Positions 37,001 to 49,186 of a stretch of DNA of 64,000 nucleotides are shown here, piece by piece. Made by a program: the position numbers and the translations under genes. The stretch is from NCBI GenBank assembly GCA_951406725.2, contig OX597831.1, positions 68,324,001 through 68,388,000 of the forward strand, written 5' to 3'. The notes below the pieces were generated by a model. That model was not told the origin of the DNA and did no database searches. It was given only the letters and a program-made list of their open reading frames with translations. This DNA is from Octopus vulgaris. Taxonomy: Eukaryota. How positions within the stretch are numbered: the stretch's first letter is position 1; every line of letters begins with the position of its first letter.

Positions 37001-39297
37001 ATGGAGAATGAATGGGAGGAGAATCTGCCAAAGGTTGACCCAATTGAGGGACCAGCTATCCGAATTGACAGTACCCTGGTAGATAAAGCAGTTAAGGATA
37101 TGAAGACAGGGAAAGTACCTGGCCCATCAGGAATCACCGCTGAGATGCTTAAAATATTGGGCGGTGTAGGTTATGGTCTTGTCACCTGCTTCGTAAGTCA
37201 GGTAGTTCATGAAGGAGTCATACCCAATGACTGGTGTAGCAGTACCATAGTCAACTGCTACAAAGGTAAAGGTGATACTTTAGATAGAAATAACTACAGG
37301 GTTATCAAATTATTGGATCAGGTGATGAAAGTTACAGAGAGAGTCATAGCCCAACTAATTAGGGAGAGAGTTAGCCTAGATTAGATGCAGTTTTATTTTG
37401 TACCTGGCAGAAACACCACTGATGCTATATTTCTGGTAAGGCAACTACAGGAGAAATATCTAGCCAAAGATAAACCTCAGTACTTGGCTTTTGTTAACTT
37501 AGAGAAAGTCTTTGACAGGGTCCCCCAATTCCTTTTCTGGTGGGTGATGCAGAAACTGGGGAATGGTTAATAAGGGCTGTACAGGCCCTATACAGGGATG
37601 CTGTCAGTAAGGTGAGGGTTGGCAATGAGTATAGTGAAAAATTCTGAGTAAAAGTTGATGTTTACCAAAGATTAGTCCTCAATTGCTTGTTATTCATTAT
37701 AGTCCTCCAAGCAAAAACAGAGGAATTCAAGACAGGCTGCCCCTGGGAGCTCCTCTATGCTGATGAACTTGTTCTAATAGCTGAGTCACTGCCAGAACTA
37801 GAGATGAAGTTTAGGGTGTGGAAGCAAGGTCTAGAATCAAATGGCCTCAGGGTTAACCTAGCAAAAACCAAAGTCTTAACAAGTAGGAAGGCCGACAAAT
37901 CACAAATTCCTTGAATTAAATGGCCCTGCTCGATCTGTAGAAAAGGTGTAAGTAGAAACTCCATACAATGTACCCAGTGTAAGGTAGGGACACATAAAAG
38001 GTGCAGCAATATCAAGGGAAGGTTAACTGGGAAGATAGTTTTCATGTGAGACAGATGCACAGGGGCAATAAACATTGAAGATGTACAGAAAACAGATTCC
38101 ATCACATGCCAGAGGGAAAACTAGAAGTAGTTGATAGTTTCCGCTACCTAGATGACCAAGTCTGTAGTGGGGGTGGTTGTTCTGTGAGTGTAGCAGCTAG
38201 AATAAGAATAGCCTGGACAAAGTTCAGGGAGCTCCTACCTCTACTGGCAACTAAAGGCCTCTCGCTCAGGATGAACGGTAGACTATATGATGCATGTGTG
38301 CAAACTACCATGCTACACAGCAGTGAAACATGGGCCATGACTGCTGAGGACATGTGCAGGCTTGAAAGAAACGAAGCTAGTGTGATCCACTAGATGTGTA
38401 ATGTCAGTGTGCATATACGACAGAATGTAAGCACCCTGAGAGAAAAATTGGGACATAAGAAGCATCAAATGGAGTGTGCAAGAGAGATGACTGCGCTGGT
38501 ATGGTTATATGTTATGTATGGATGAGGACAGCTGTGTGAGGAAGTGCCATACCCTAACTGTGGAAAGAACCAGTTGAAGACCCAGGAAGACATGTGATGA
38601 GGTGGTGAAGCATGACCTTCGAATGCTGGGCCTCAGAAAGATAATGACTGGAGGCTGAAACTTTTGGAGATATGATGTGATTGAGAAAACCCGAAAACTA
38701 AAGTGAGATTGCAGCCATGGCTGATGCCAGTTTTGCATGTCCAGCCCATCTAAAAGTACCCTTGATGTGTCAGGCGATATGGTGTGCTTGAGGAGACCTG
38801 CTCCAAAACCAAAATCGTAGCTGTGGCCAGTGCCCCCTGATTGGCTTCCATGCTGGTGGCACATAAAAAGCACCATTTGAGCATGGTCAATGCCAGGTCC
38901 ACCTAACTGACTCCCATGCTGGTGACATGTAAAAAGCACCATCCAAACGTGTCCGGTGCCAGTGCTCCCTGATTGGCTCCCATGCTGGTGGCATGTAAAA
39001 AGCACTATCCGAATGTGATCAATGCTAGGGCTGCCTGACTGGGTCCCATGCTGGTGGCACACAAAAAGCACCAGCTGAACGTGGCCAGTGCCAGCGCCCC
39101 CTGACTGGCTCCTGTGATGGTAGCACATAAACAGCATTCACTACACTCTCGGAGTGGTTGGCGTTAGGAAGAGCATCCAGCTGTAGAAACATTGCCAGAT
39201 CAGATTGGAGCCTGGTGCAGTGGCTGGCTTTTCAGACCACAGTCAAACCGTCCAACCCATGCCAGCATGATGTTAAACGATGATAATGATGATGATG
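37001..39297 (+). mobile_element. 5'-truncated RTE LINE, inactivated
   Basis: KVPGPSGI, NYRVIKLL, LAFVNLEKVFDRV, LLYADEL, PHD-like insert; multiple stops; 6 hairpin units; (GAT)n tail. Confidence 0.95.
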
Positions 39298-39767
39298 CAT
39301 GGTGAGAAGAAAGAAGTAAAGCAAGAGAGACTCTTCTGAAATTTTAATTAATTAAGATTAATAAATCTTAGAAACAGAATGCTAGCAATTGAATGGGAAG
39401 TGAGTTTGAACTTGGCAGTATGATGTAAGTTTATAATTATTTTGATATTAATTTACCGTCCAACTTTTCAAAATTACATTTTCACCAAAGAATACTGTTG
39501 TATGAAGGAAGTAAGGTAGATCAAAAGTTAAAGTTGTATGCATATAACATGACAATCATGGATAGGAAGGACTTAAGTACTGATCTCTGAGGGAATAATT
39601 AGTTCATGATATACTGTAGATTTGAAGTTAAACAAGTAACAATAAAAAGATACAGCAAATATTAATGACAATTAAGGAAGAAACAAGTGAAATTTTAAGG
39701 TAACCAGAGACTATATCAACCAAAATATATTGAAATAACACAAACAAAAGATGACAAATTGTTAATA

Positions 39768-40175
39768 TAGGCGCAGGAGTGGCTGTGTGGTAAGTAGCTT
39801 GCTAACCAACCACAGGGTTCCGGGTTCAGTCCCACTGCGTGGCACCTTGGGCAAGTGTCTTCTGCTATAGCCTCGGGCCGACCAATGTCTTGTGAGTGGA
39901 TTTGGTAGACGGAAACTGAAAGAAGCCCATCGTATATATGTATATATATATATGCGTGTGTGTGTTTGTGTGTCTGTGTTTGTCCCCTAGCATTGCTTGA
40001 CAACCGATGCTGGTGTGTTTATGTCCCCGTTACTTAGCGGTTCGGCAAAAGAGACCAATAGAATAAGTACTGGGCTTACAAAAGAATAAGTCCTGGGGTC
40101 GAGTTGCTCGATTAAAGGTGGTGCTCCAGCATGGCCGCAGTCTAATGACTGAAACAAGTAAAAGAGTAAAGAGTA
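39768..40175 (+). mobile_element. SINE family A, full-length
   Basis: GGCGCAGGAGTGGCTGTGTGG...GGTTCAGTCCC head to AAAAGAGTA tail. Confidence 0.92.
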
Positions 40176-41591
40176 TAACTAGATTTTGTTGGATAATTCT
40201 TTGAGGAATAAAAATGTAAAGTAATATCTAAAACGAGATTTAAAAAGCAACTACATTGACTAATTTTGTTATTCTTATGACATAAGTACTTAGAAGGGGT
40301 AGGATAAACTATTATATTATATGATTTTATTCATGATGATCATTTCCATAAATCATTTATACCAATGTATAAATGATTATTTCCTGGTTTTTCATAATGA
40401 CTGATGCCAAATTTATTTCCCTATCAGGAACATCTAAAGCTTGAAATTCATGTAGATTTATGTATTCCCTCAAGATGACAAGCTGATGAGAAACAGAGGC
40501 AACAATAAAATAAAGAATATATATGAAATTAGTGTTTTAGTTTTAACCAATGAAGCCTGTACTATTTGGACAATCTTTACAGTAAATTGTAATCATAAAT
40601 GTCACTTTGAGCCTCAGAGGGTAATGATATTGTTGTTTGGTTCCAAATTCAATTACATTAACCAGTTGAGAGATAATTATTACTGTCAGTTTCTCACAGG
40701 TATCAATCCCAGATGATTTTATATGCATTCTTCCAGAAATAGGTGAACTGAAGTATGTTGATATAAGTTTCAATTTGCCTAGGGATAATGAAAAGCCTGC
40801 AGTAAATAGTGAATATGAACTCACAAGCATGAAGTCGATAGTTATAGTTACTATATTAACTCACTATTTCAGACAGACTTTTCAGTCAAAGAACTAATTA
40901 AATAATTTCAAATTCTGGAGCCAAGTTAAATCTTGAGCAATTGAAGGTTAAAATTTACGATCAGTGTTAGTGCCACTGTAAATGGAGACATTATAACCTG
41001 ACAGTAGATTTAAATGATATGAATAATATTAAGTGCAAGTTTATGGATTGTACTTTAATGATACTCTTGACACAGCTGTATCTGCACCAACAGTTAATTA
41101 GCCTATAATTCATATGATAAGTGTGATGGATGCAAAAGACTTACTCACTTTTACCGATTGAGAAGAAATTAGTTTCATCAGTAGCCAACTAAAATATTAA
41201 GTTACACCCAAATTATCATGCAGTTATTATTTTAGTTCATCATGTCACTTCTAATTATAGGTTAGCTTTTATTGTTTATTCAAAAAATTCTTATTACAAT
41301 GTTTTCATTTTTTTTTTCTTGGCAATAATTGTATTTAGGAAATATATAACTACAAGAGAGAGAAAATCGTCAGAAGTGTTGTAGTTTTAGGTGTTGACTC
41401 TATGTAGAACTTTACTGAGAATATATTACTTCAGGTTTGTCATACTGTAATACAGGCTTCAGTTAAACATATGTAAGATGTACATAATGTATCTCATGTG
41501 ATAGAATGAACTGTAAAAGTTGTTATATATATATACTAATACACACAAACATACAAACACTCATAGAGAAATATATACATACATATACAAA

Positions 41592-41955
41592 TCAAAATCG
41601 AAATCGATCAACATTAATGGAAATTGCAGCTGTGATACCAGTGCCGGTGGTATGTAAGTGAACCATCCAAACGTGGCCATTGCCAGTGCCGCCCCAACTG
41701 ACCTCGTGCCGGTGGCACGTAAAAAGCACCATCCGATCGTGGCCGTTTGCCAGCCTCGTCTGGCACCTGTGCCGGTGGCACGTAAAAAGCACCCACTACA
41801 CTCACGGAGTGGTTGGCGTTAGGAAGGGCATCCAGCCATAGAAACATTGCCAGATCAGACTGGGCCTGGTGCAGCCTTCTGGCTTCCCAGACCCCAGTTG
41901 AACTGTCCAACCCATGCTAGCATGGAAAGCGGACTCTAAACGATGATGATGATGA
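41592..41955 (+). mobile_element. RTE 3' UTR fragment
   Basis: Hairpin units, conserved end, (GAT)n. Confidence 0.9.
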
Positions 41956-42072
41956 TACACATACACATCCACAGAGAGGTGAAAAAGCAATCCTAGAACA
42001 TAGAAGTATGAAATTAAATATACTAGTCCAGCATTGTACCCAGGTGGTTATAAATATTCATTTTCATTTTAG

Positions 42073-42389
42073 AAAAGCTCTTTGCTGTCAATACTCAGGC
42101 CATGAGTGTGGTGTATGCGAGAGATTCAAAATAAAGGCACCTACCTTCTCTTCGCTCAGACGAAGACCTTTCAGCGGTAATGGATCCTTCAATGCAGCCT
42201 GACCTGAACACTAGAAATAGCAGCTGCTTCTCCCCTACCTTAACAACGTGCTCATGCGTATTACTCTCTCGGCGACCTCGATCGAAAAAGGCCGAATCCT
42301 GCCCTGCCTGTGCGCGTGTCACTCCTGCCCCTTCCGGTCAGCCCCAAGTTCCAGTCAGATCCCCAGCTGCTGACGTCATCCCACAATGA
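42073..42389 (+). other. GC/CpG-rich unique island; candidate exon or regulatory element
   Basis: Acceptor cattttcattttAG at 42072; about 15 CpG; TGACGTCA at 42371; CTTCCGG at 42331; frame 42075-42389 has one internal TAA. Confidence 0.4.
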
Positions 42390-42442
42390 GAAGTTATAAA
42401 TAAAATGTCCAAAACCATCATTATAATTTCTATTGTTTTCAG

Positions 42443-42461
42443 GCAGGGGTTTCCATATTAG
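42443..42461 (+). other. candidate 19-nt (or 15-nt) microexon
   Basis: tttctattgttttcAG|GCAG|GGGTTTCCATATTAG|GTGAGT. Confidence 0.4.
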
Positions 42462-43519
42462 GTGAGTTTTTGAGTGTTATCATATTTAAAACAGGGAAAC
42501 AGTAAAAAGCTATCTAGGAATAGTTATGCAGTTAGAAAAAAAAATATTAATGATATATTATTTTCATTTTTCCAGAAATTTCAGAAGACAACTCCATATA
42601 TGTTTTGGACTTATACCTCTTCAGCAATACATAAGCTTCATTGTACTAATGAACAAATCAATTAATCAATACAAGATTATACATGACCTGGTGTAGGAAA
42701 ATAGAATTGCTTAGAAAATAATTCATGGAATTCATCTGCATGAAAAACAATAGTTGAATTTGTATTAACATATATAATATAGGGGCATAAAATAATTAGA
42801 TATGATAATATGATGAAAAAAGAATATTGGTTAATATATAATATTATTTTCATGTGTCCATGTTAGTTAGATTTAGAAAGATCTGCAGTATTTTATGTAC
42901 ATTTAGGCTCAGTTTCTTCATAGCTGCAGGAAACATCTTCCATAATTTTAGTAAGCATGCAATAATTTTCTTTTGTAGCTACGTATCACTTTTAAAACTT
43001 TCAGCACCTTTCTTTAGCCATCATTTGTCAATTATATATCTAAATCTATTGAAGGTTGCTTTATTTATTTTTTTTTTGAACAAAACTTAGATTGTCCTCT
43101 TGCACAAATGAACATTTTTCTATTATTTTCTTTACTAATATAACTAACAACATTTTGTAAAATTATTAGTTAAAATGTCTTTGAGAGTCAAAGTGAATTT
43201 CAGAAACTATGAAATATGTTGTATAAAATTATATTAGGCTATATATTTGGACTAAATATCTTTAGCATTCTACCAATTTTCATACCTTATTGAAGTGAAT
43301 GCCATTACCTCTTGAGAAGAATAATCTATTGAAAAATCAAGAAGGTTGTAAAGATTATAATGAAAAAAAAAAAGAAAAAACAATTACAGTTAAGAAGGAA
43401 ATTTAATCAAATATTCATTTTAATCTCAGTTGTTGAAATTTTTACAGTTTTATTAAATTTTGCAGTGTCAAAAAAATTTTCTGAAATAATTTTAACTATA
43501 TCTAATTTTAACTATGTAG

Positions 43520-43930
43520 CAGCATGCATGGCTGTATGGTAAAAAGCTTGCTTCCCAACCACATGGTTTGAAGGTTCAATCCAACTATGTGGCACTTTAG
43601 ACAAGTATCTTCTATAACCTTGGGCCAACCAATGCTTCGTGGGTGGATTTGTTAGATGGAAACTGAAAGAAGCCTGTCATATATATATATATATGTATAT
43701 ATATATGTGTGTGTTTGTGTTCTGTGTTTGTCTCCTGCCACTGCTTGACAACCAGTATTGGTGTGTTTACATCCCTGTAACTTAGCAGTTCTTAAAAAAA
43801 GATGATAGAATGAATAGCAAGCTTGGCAGAAAAGAAAAAAGTATTGGGGTTGATTCATTTGACTAAACATTCTCCAAGACAGTGCCCTGGCATGCCCACA
43901 ATTTAATGACTGAAGCAAGTAAAAGATAAA
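43520..43930 (+). mobile_element. old SINE family A
   Basis: Diverged full-length copy. Confidence 0.8.
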
Positions 43931-44218
43931 TTCTTGTTGTGTCTAGGGAGGGTCAAAAATGAAATAAATGATAAAATATATCTTTTTATTTTCTTGATTT
44001 ATTTTGCTTTTTAAAGTTTCATTTTTTTTTTCTTTTCATAGATATTTTTTCCACAGTTTTGTGTTTGTTCATTAGAAGATAGGAACAAATTTCATATTTG
44101 AATCATGACAGAAATGGAATTTTCCCGGAAGATTTAGCACTTCAGTCACTAAAAATCTATTTCTACTCATCTACTGTAGAAATTACTAGTTGATGAGAAT
44201 TGGAATTGAATGACATGC

Positions 44219-44253
<35 letters not shown>

Positions 44254-44896
44254 TATGGTTGTTTCTGTGTGTGTATATAAGCATATTTAATCACAACTAT
44301 ATACATAATTGAAGGTACATACACAAATAGTGATGTAATAACAAACATGCACACATAAACAATTGGATTCTCATAAATGTTTACTATCAAATCAATTCAC
44401 ATGCACGTGCAATTCACATACACATGTAGCAATGTATGTTGACACATGTATGATCATAATAAAAATAGAAAACTAAACAAAAATTCCAGCCAACAAACAT
44501 TTCCAGATATACAGATTATTAATAATACATGTTCACAGGAAAAAATATATGCACGAACATCTCACCACAAATTTCTATAGAACAATGGCTTGTGTAATAC
44601 TGCTGGAGGTGGAGAACATAAAAGGAGGAAATTTTTCATCTATCTACAAAATACTCAACAGTTGGCAGTGTTTAATCAGAGAATAGCTAGGTAGCTACTG
44701 CATCCAAATACTACTGTTACAACTCGGTACATTGTTATATTGGTACTAATATACTTTAATTGAAGAATTTTATCATATATATATATATATATATATACCG
44801 GAGTAAACACATAAATGTGAAACAAGGTGGAAAAAAGAGTACTCAAATACCAGTGGTAGAGTAATATGCTTTATTTTAAGCAGCAGAAAATTCAAC

Positions 44897-44944
44897 AAAA
44901 TCTGTTACTCTGAGTTTCTCGTTGCCGTTCATCAGACAGTTTTT
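44897..44944 (-). ncRNA. minimal type I hammerhead ribozyme motif (mirror copy)
   Basis: Reverse complement of 45081-45128. Confidence 0.65.
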
Positions 44945-45080
44945 GCTAGAATGGAACTGATATATCAATTCAATCTAGACTCTTACAAACGCTACACCTT
45001 TAAAAAGAAATGGACTTCTTTTTAAAGGAGTAGCGTTTGTAAGAGTCTAGATTGAATTGATATATCAGTTCCATTCTAGC

Positions 45081-45128
45081 AAAAACTGTCTGATGAACGG
45101 CAACGAGAAACTCAGAGTAACAGATTTT
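45081..45128 (+). ncRNA. minimal type I hammerhead ribozyme motif
   Basis: CTGT-CTGATGA-A CG GCAA CG A-GAAAC-TCAGA-GTA-ACAG. Confidence 0.7.
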
Positions 45129-45155
45129 GTTGAATTTTCTGCTGCTTAAAATAAA

Positions 45156-45185
<30 letters not shown>

Positions 45186-45189
<4 letters not shown>

Positions 45190-45334
45190 AAATAAGCAAC
45201 AAAAATATCTTCGGTAATTTGGTACGATCGTTTCACACTACATCATTTTATTAAACATTGTAAGTTTAATAAAATGATGTAACGTGAAACAATCGTACCA
45301 AATTACCGAAGATATTCTTGTTGCTTATTTTGAT
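45186..45334. repeat. fold-back, 71-bp arms and 7-nt loop, with hammerhead 3' half
   Basis: 45186-45256 vs 45264-45334; GAAAC(G/A)ATCGTA. Confidence 0.85.
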
Positions 45335-45431
45335 TATAATCACCCCATAGATTTATATGGATAACACTGTACAAAATTCTGGTGCATCTGACTTAAGTAC
45401 CATATTCATTTGAATCTAAATTTTGCCGAAC

Positions 45432-45518
<87 letters not shown>

Positions 45519-45832
45519 GTGTGTGTGTGTGTGTGTGTATGCAGTAGCCAATATATGGTCATTTAAGTGTCAATATTTGCATTTCCCTATTTTCTCTGGC
45601 TATATATTTAATATATAGATGTATGGTGTATCTAAAATACTTTGAAAGTTTTGGACTATTAATAATACCTACATTTCAGTACTTCATTTTTCTGATCATC
45701 ATCAAATATCTTCATATATCTAGCTTCATTTGGAACTCAAAAATTTTATTGACAATGCAGGGTTTCCATAAAAAAATAATGACAAAATTCTGACTCATAA
45801 TCACATTCCAAAGAATAAAAATGATATTCAGC

Positions 45833-46236
45833 TGTGGCTGTGTGGTAAGTAGCTTGCTTACAAACCGCATGGTTCTGGGTTCAGTCCCACTGCGTGGCAC
45901 CTTGGGCAGGTGTCTTCTACTATAGCCTTGGGCCAACCAAAGCCTTGTGAGTGGATTTGGTAGACGGAAACTGAAAGAAGCCCGTCGTATATATGTATAT
46001 ATGTGTGTGTATGTGTGTGTATATGTTTGTGTGTCTGTGTTTGTCCCCCCAACATCACTTGACAACCGATGCTGGTGTGTTTACGTCCCCGTAACTTAGC
46101 GGTTCGGCAAAAGTGAACAAGAGAATAAGGACTAGGCTTACAGAGAATAAATCCTGGGGTCGATTTGCTTGACTCAAGGCAGTGCTCTAGCATTGCCACA
46201 GTCAAATAACTGAAACAAGTAAAAGACTAAAAGAGT
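45833..46236 (+). mobile_element. SINE family A
   Basis: Near full-length. Confidence 0.9.
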
Positions 46237-46519
46237 ATTTTTGTCAGGTTGGACAACTAAGACTACATGTACTGCTACTTTGATTTTACTGAGCTTTGTC
46301 TACACTTCTTCAGTCCCAGTTCCATAGTATTATGTAATTTCTTTTCGTACACCACACTCTTTTTACTATTGTTGAGTTGTACTAATCTTCTATTTACTAT
46401 TTAATCCCAACGTTCCACTATTCTAATCTCACGGTGTTGTCCTCTTTTGTAAGGCTTGATGATAAGGTTTTGCTTCTGAATACTGATCTGATGTTGCGTT
46501 ATCTGTATATGTTATTTTT

Positions 46520-47330
46520 TATCTGTTTCGGCCATTAGACTGCAGTCATGTTGGGGCATCACCTTGAAGAACGTTTTATTTGAACGAATTGACTCCAGTA
46601 CTTATTTTTTTAAAGCCAGGTCCTTATCCTGTTGTTCTCTTTTTGCTGAACTGCTAAGTTATGGAGATATAAAGAAACCAACACTGGTTGTCAAGCAGTG
46701 GTGGGGGACAGGCGGCGAGCTGGCAGAAACGTTGGCATGCCGGGCAAAATGCGTAGCCGTATTTCGTCTGCCATTACGTTCTGAGTTCAAATTCCTCCAA
46801 GGTCGACTTTGCCTTTCATCCTTTCGGGGTCGATAAATTAAGTACCAGTTACGCACTGGGGTCGATGTAATCGACTGAATCCGTTTGTCTGTCCTTGTTT
46901 GTCCCCTCTGTGTTTAGCCCCTTGTGGGTAGTAAAGAAATAGAAATAGGTATTTCGTCTGCTGTTACTTTCTGAGTTCAAATTCTGCCAAGGTCGACTTT
47001 GCCTTTCATCCTTTCGGGGTCAATAAATTAAGTACCAGTTATGCACTGGGGTCGATGTAATCTACTTAATCCGTTCATCTGTCCTTGTTTTTCCCCTCTG
47101 TGTTTAGCCCCTTTGGGTAGTAAAGAAATAGGTGGGGGACAAACACACACAACATGTATATATGATATGATTCTTTCAGTTTCCATTTACCTACAAGACT
47201 TTGGTTGCCTGAAGCAAGTAAAAGACTAAAAGACTAGGAGGCATTTGCCCAAGGTACCATGCAGTAGGGCTGAACCCAGAACCATGTGGTTGGGAAGCAA
47301 GTTTCTTATCATACAAGCACACCTGCACCT
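46520..47330 (-). mobile_element. old SINE family A split by a SINE C insertion
   Basis: Halves resume on either side of 46711-47130. Confidence 0.8.
46711..47130 (+). mobile_element. SINE family C, dimeric form
   Basis: TSD GGTGGGGGACA at 46700 and 47131. Confidence 0.9.
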
Positions 47331-47333
47331 GTA

Positions 47334-47411
47334 TGTTACAAATCATATTTTAATTGTTTTAATTGTTACAAATCGTATTTTAATTGTTTTAATTGTTACA
47401 AATCATATTTT
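47334..47411. repeat. 30-bp tandem repeat, about 2.6 copies
   Basis: TGTTACAAATCRTATTTTAATTGTTTTAAT. Confidence 0.85.
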
Positions 47412-47601
47412 TGTAGTACGGTAAAAATTCAAACAGATTTTAATTGTCTCTATTTGAAAGTCATTTCAGTAACAAGAACAAGCTTGGGATGAGGCTGTGG
47501 GTGTCTAAAATATAACATGTTTTCTAATTTTTATTTTATTTCAAATTTTATATATCTCTCAGTTAGTCCTAAGGTTTTGTATTTGTTTCATATTTTCACT
47601 T

Positions 47602-48005
47602 TACTCTTTTACTCTTTTACTTGTTTCAGTCATTTGACTGTGGCCATGCTGGAGCACCACCTTTAGTCGAGCAAATCGACCCCGGGACTTATTCTTTGTA
47701 AGCCCAGTACTTATTCTATTGGTCTCTTTTGCTGAACCGCTAAGTTACGGGGACGTAAACACACCAGCATCGGTTGTCAAGCAATGCTAGGGGGACAAAC
47801 ACACACACATACACACATATACATATATATACATATATACAACAGGCTTCTTTCAGTTTCCGTCTACCAAATCCATTCACAGGGCATTGGTCGGCTCCGG
47901 GGCTATAGCAGAAGACACTTGCCCAAGATGCCATGCAGTGGGACTGAACCTGGAACCATGTGGTTGGTTAGCAAGCTACTTACTACACAGCCACTCCTGC
48001 GCCTA
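47602..48005 (-). mobile_element. SINE family A, full-length
   Basis: As above. Confidence 0.92.
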
Positions 48006-48989
48006 GGGATAATTTCTTTAAGGGTAGAATACAGTCAGTTTGGATGACCCTTTTTTCTTATATATTACAGGCATAATATTTAGAGATTAACATTATCTAT
48101 TTTCTATCATTGTTAAATGAGCATGCCTCATAACGTTGTCTCATCATTAAGATTTCTGTTTAGATTTTAGTCCATTGCACTTAAATACAATAGGAATCTA
48201 TAACTGTGTTAGAGATTTCTTTTACCAATAATATTTGTTTATATTCTCTCTTGATCATGGTTACAGTGGTCTGGGGAATACTATAACTAATAAGATAGCT
48301 TAATTTAGGTAATGATTCATGGGATTATCTCTTCTCCATAGTTAGACATTTATTTCAAATAACTTGAGCGATAGCTTAGCTCTGGTAATAAAACTGTGAT
48401 AGCTTAACTAATCTAATGGGAAAGATACTTCAGTGAGAAAGAGAAACTACACTTTGAATTATTTTGATGAGTAAAAAAAAAGCAAAACAAATCTACTAAA
48501 ACAATGAATGTATTGTGTTTTGAACAATCATTGATTTACTTATCCAGCATTCTATATAACTGGAAGATCTACTCAATCTTAAGAATCCCTTGAGCTATAT
48601 CAGTGCATATAAGTTATCAGTGCTTAAATAAGTACAACAGAATGGTCTCTAGAGATACTACAAAGTTTGGTATGGATCACTGCTTGTCCAAATAAATGAC
48701 TTCTGGTATCATACATTATGCTGCTGTTGCATATTTTTACTTTATATATTGAGATAAATTAGTGCAATATGTTAACCAACTGCCATTCGTACTGAATTAC
48801 AGAATTGCAAATAATTCTGCATCATTTGCTGGAGAAATTTATTAGTATAAAAGTATGTAGATCAGATCTGTACACAGTTGTAAAACTTGTATTGATAGTA
48901 GTTTCTTTATGAGAATCTGACTTTGAATATCTTGGTACACTGAAGTAATTTGGAAATTACGAACCATTCACTTCATATTCGTCATCAAT

Positions 48990-49186
48990 ATTTTGTATTT
49001 TTATTTTTATTTGTATTTTTATTTGTATTTTTATTTGTATTTTTCATTTGTATTTTTATTTGTATTTTTTTGTATTTATTTGTATTTTTATTTGTATTTT
49101 TATTTGTATTTATTTGTATTTTTTATTTGTATTTGTATTTATTTGTATTTTTATTTGTATTTTTTATTTGTATTTGTATTTTTATT
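48990..49186. repeat. (TTTGTA/TTTTTA)n low-complexity satellite
   Basis: Directly visible. Confidence 0.9.

Larger units (their letters stand above)
32340..41150 (+). pseudogene. highly decayed cadherin-repeat array interrupted by TEs
   Basis: Motif relics in broken + frames: LRYEE..SYNL, NINYNQPSY, DLD..YEIKPDTG, LVFS..Y..AKISED, ILDY, FSVSE..VDLN*ANVTYRL, DIN.YRPTF..YEGS, INDYFLVF, NLTVDLNDMNNIKCKF. Confidence 0.5.
44798..45156. mobile_element. Penelope-like inverted pseudo-LTR remnant; 141-bp arms (44869-45009 / 45016-45156)
   Basis: One mismatch between arms, 6-nt loop, (TA)n on both sides, hammerhead motif in each arm. Confidence 0.8.
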
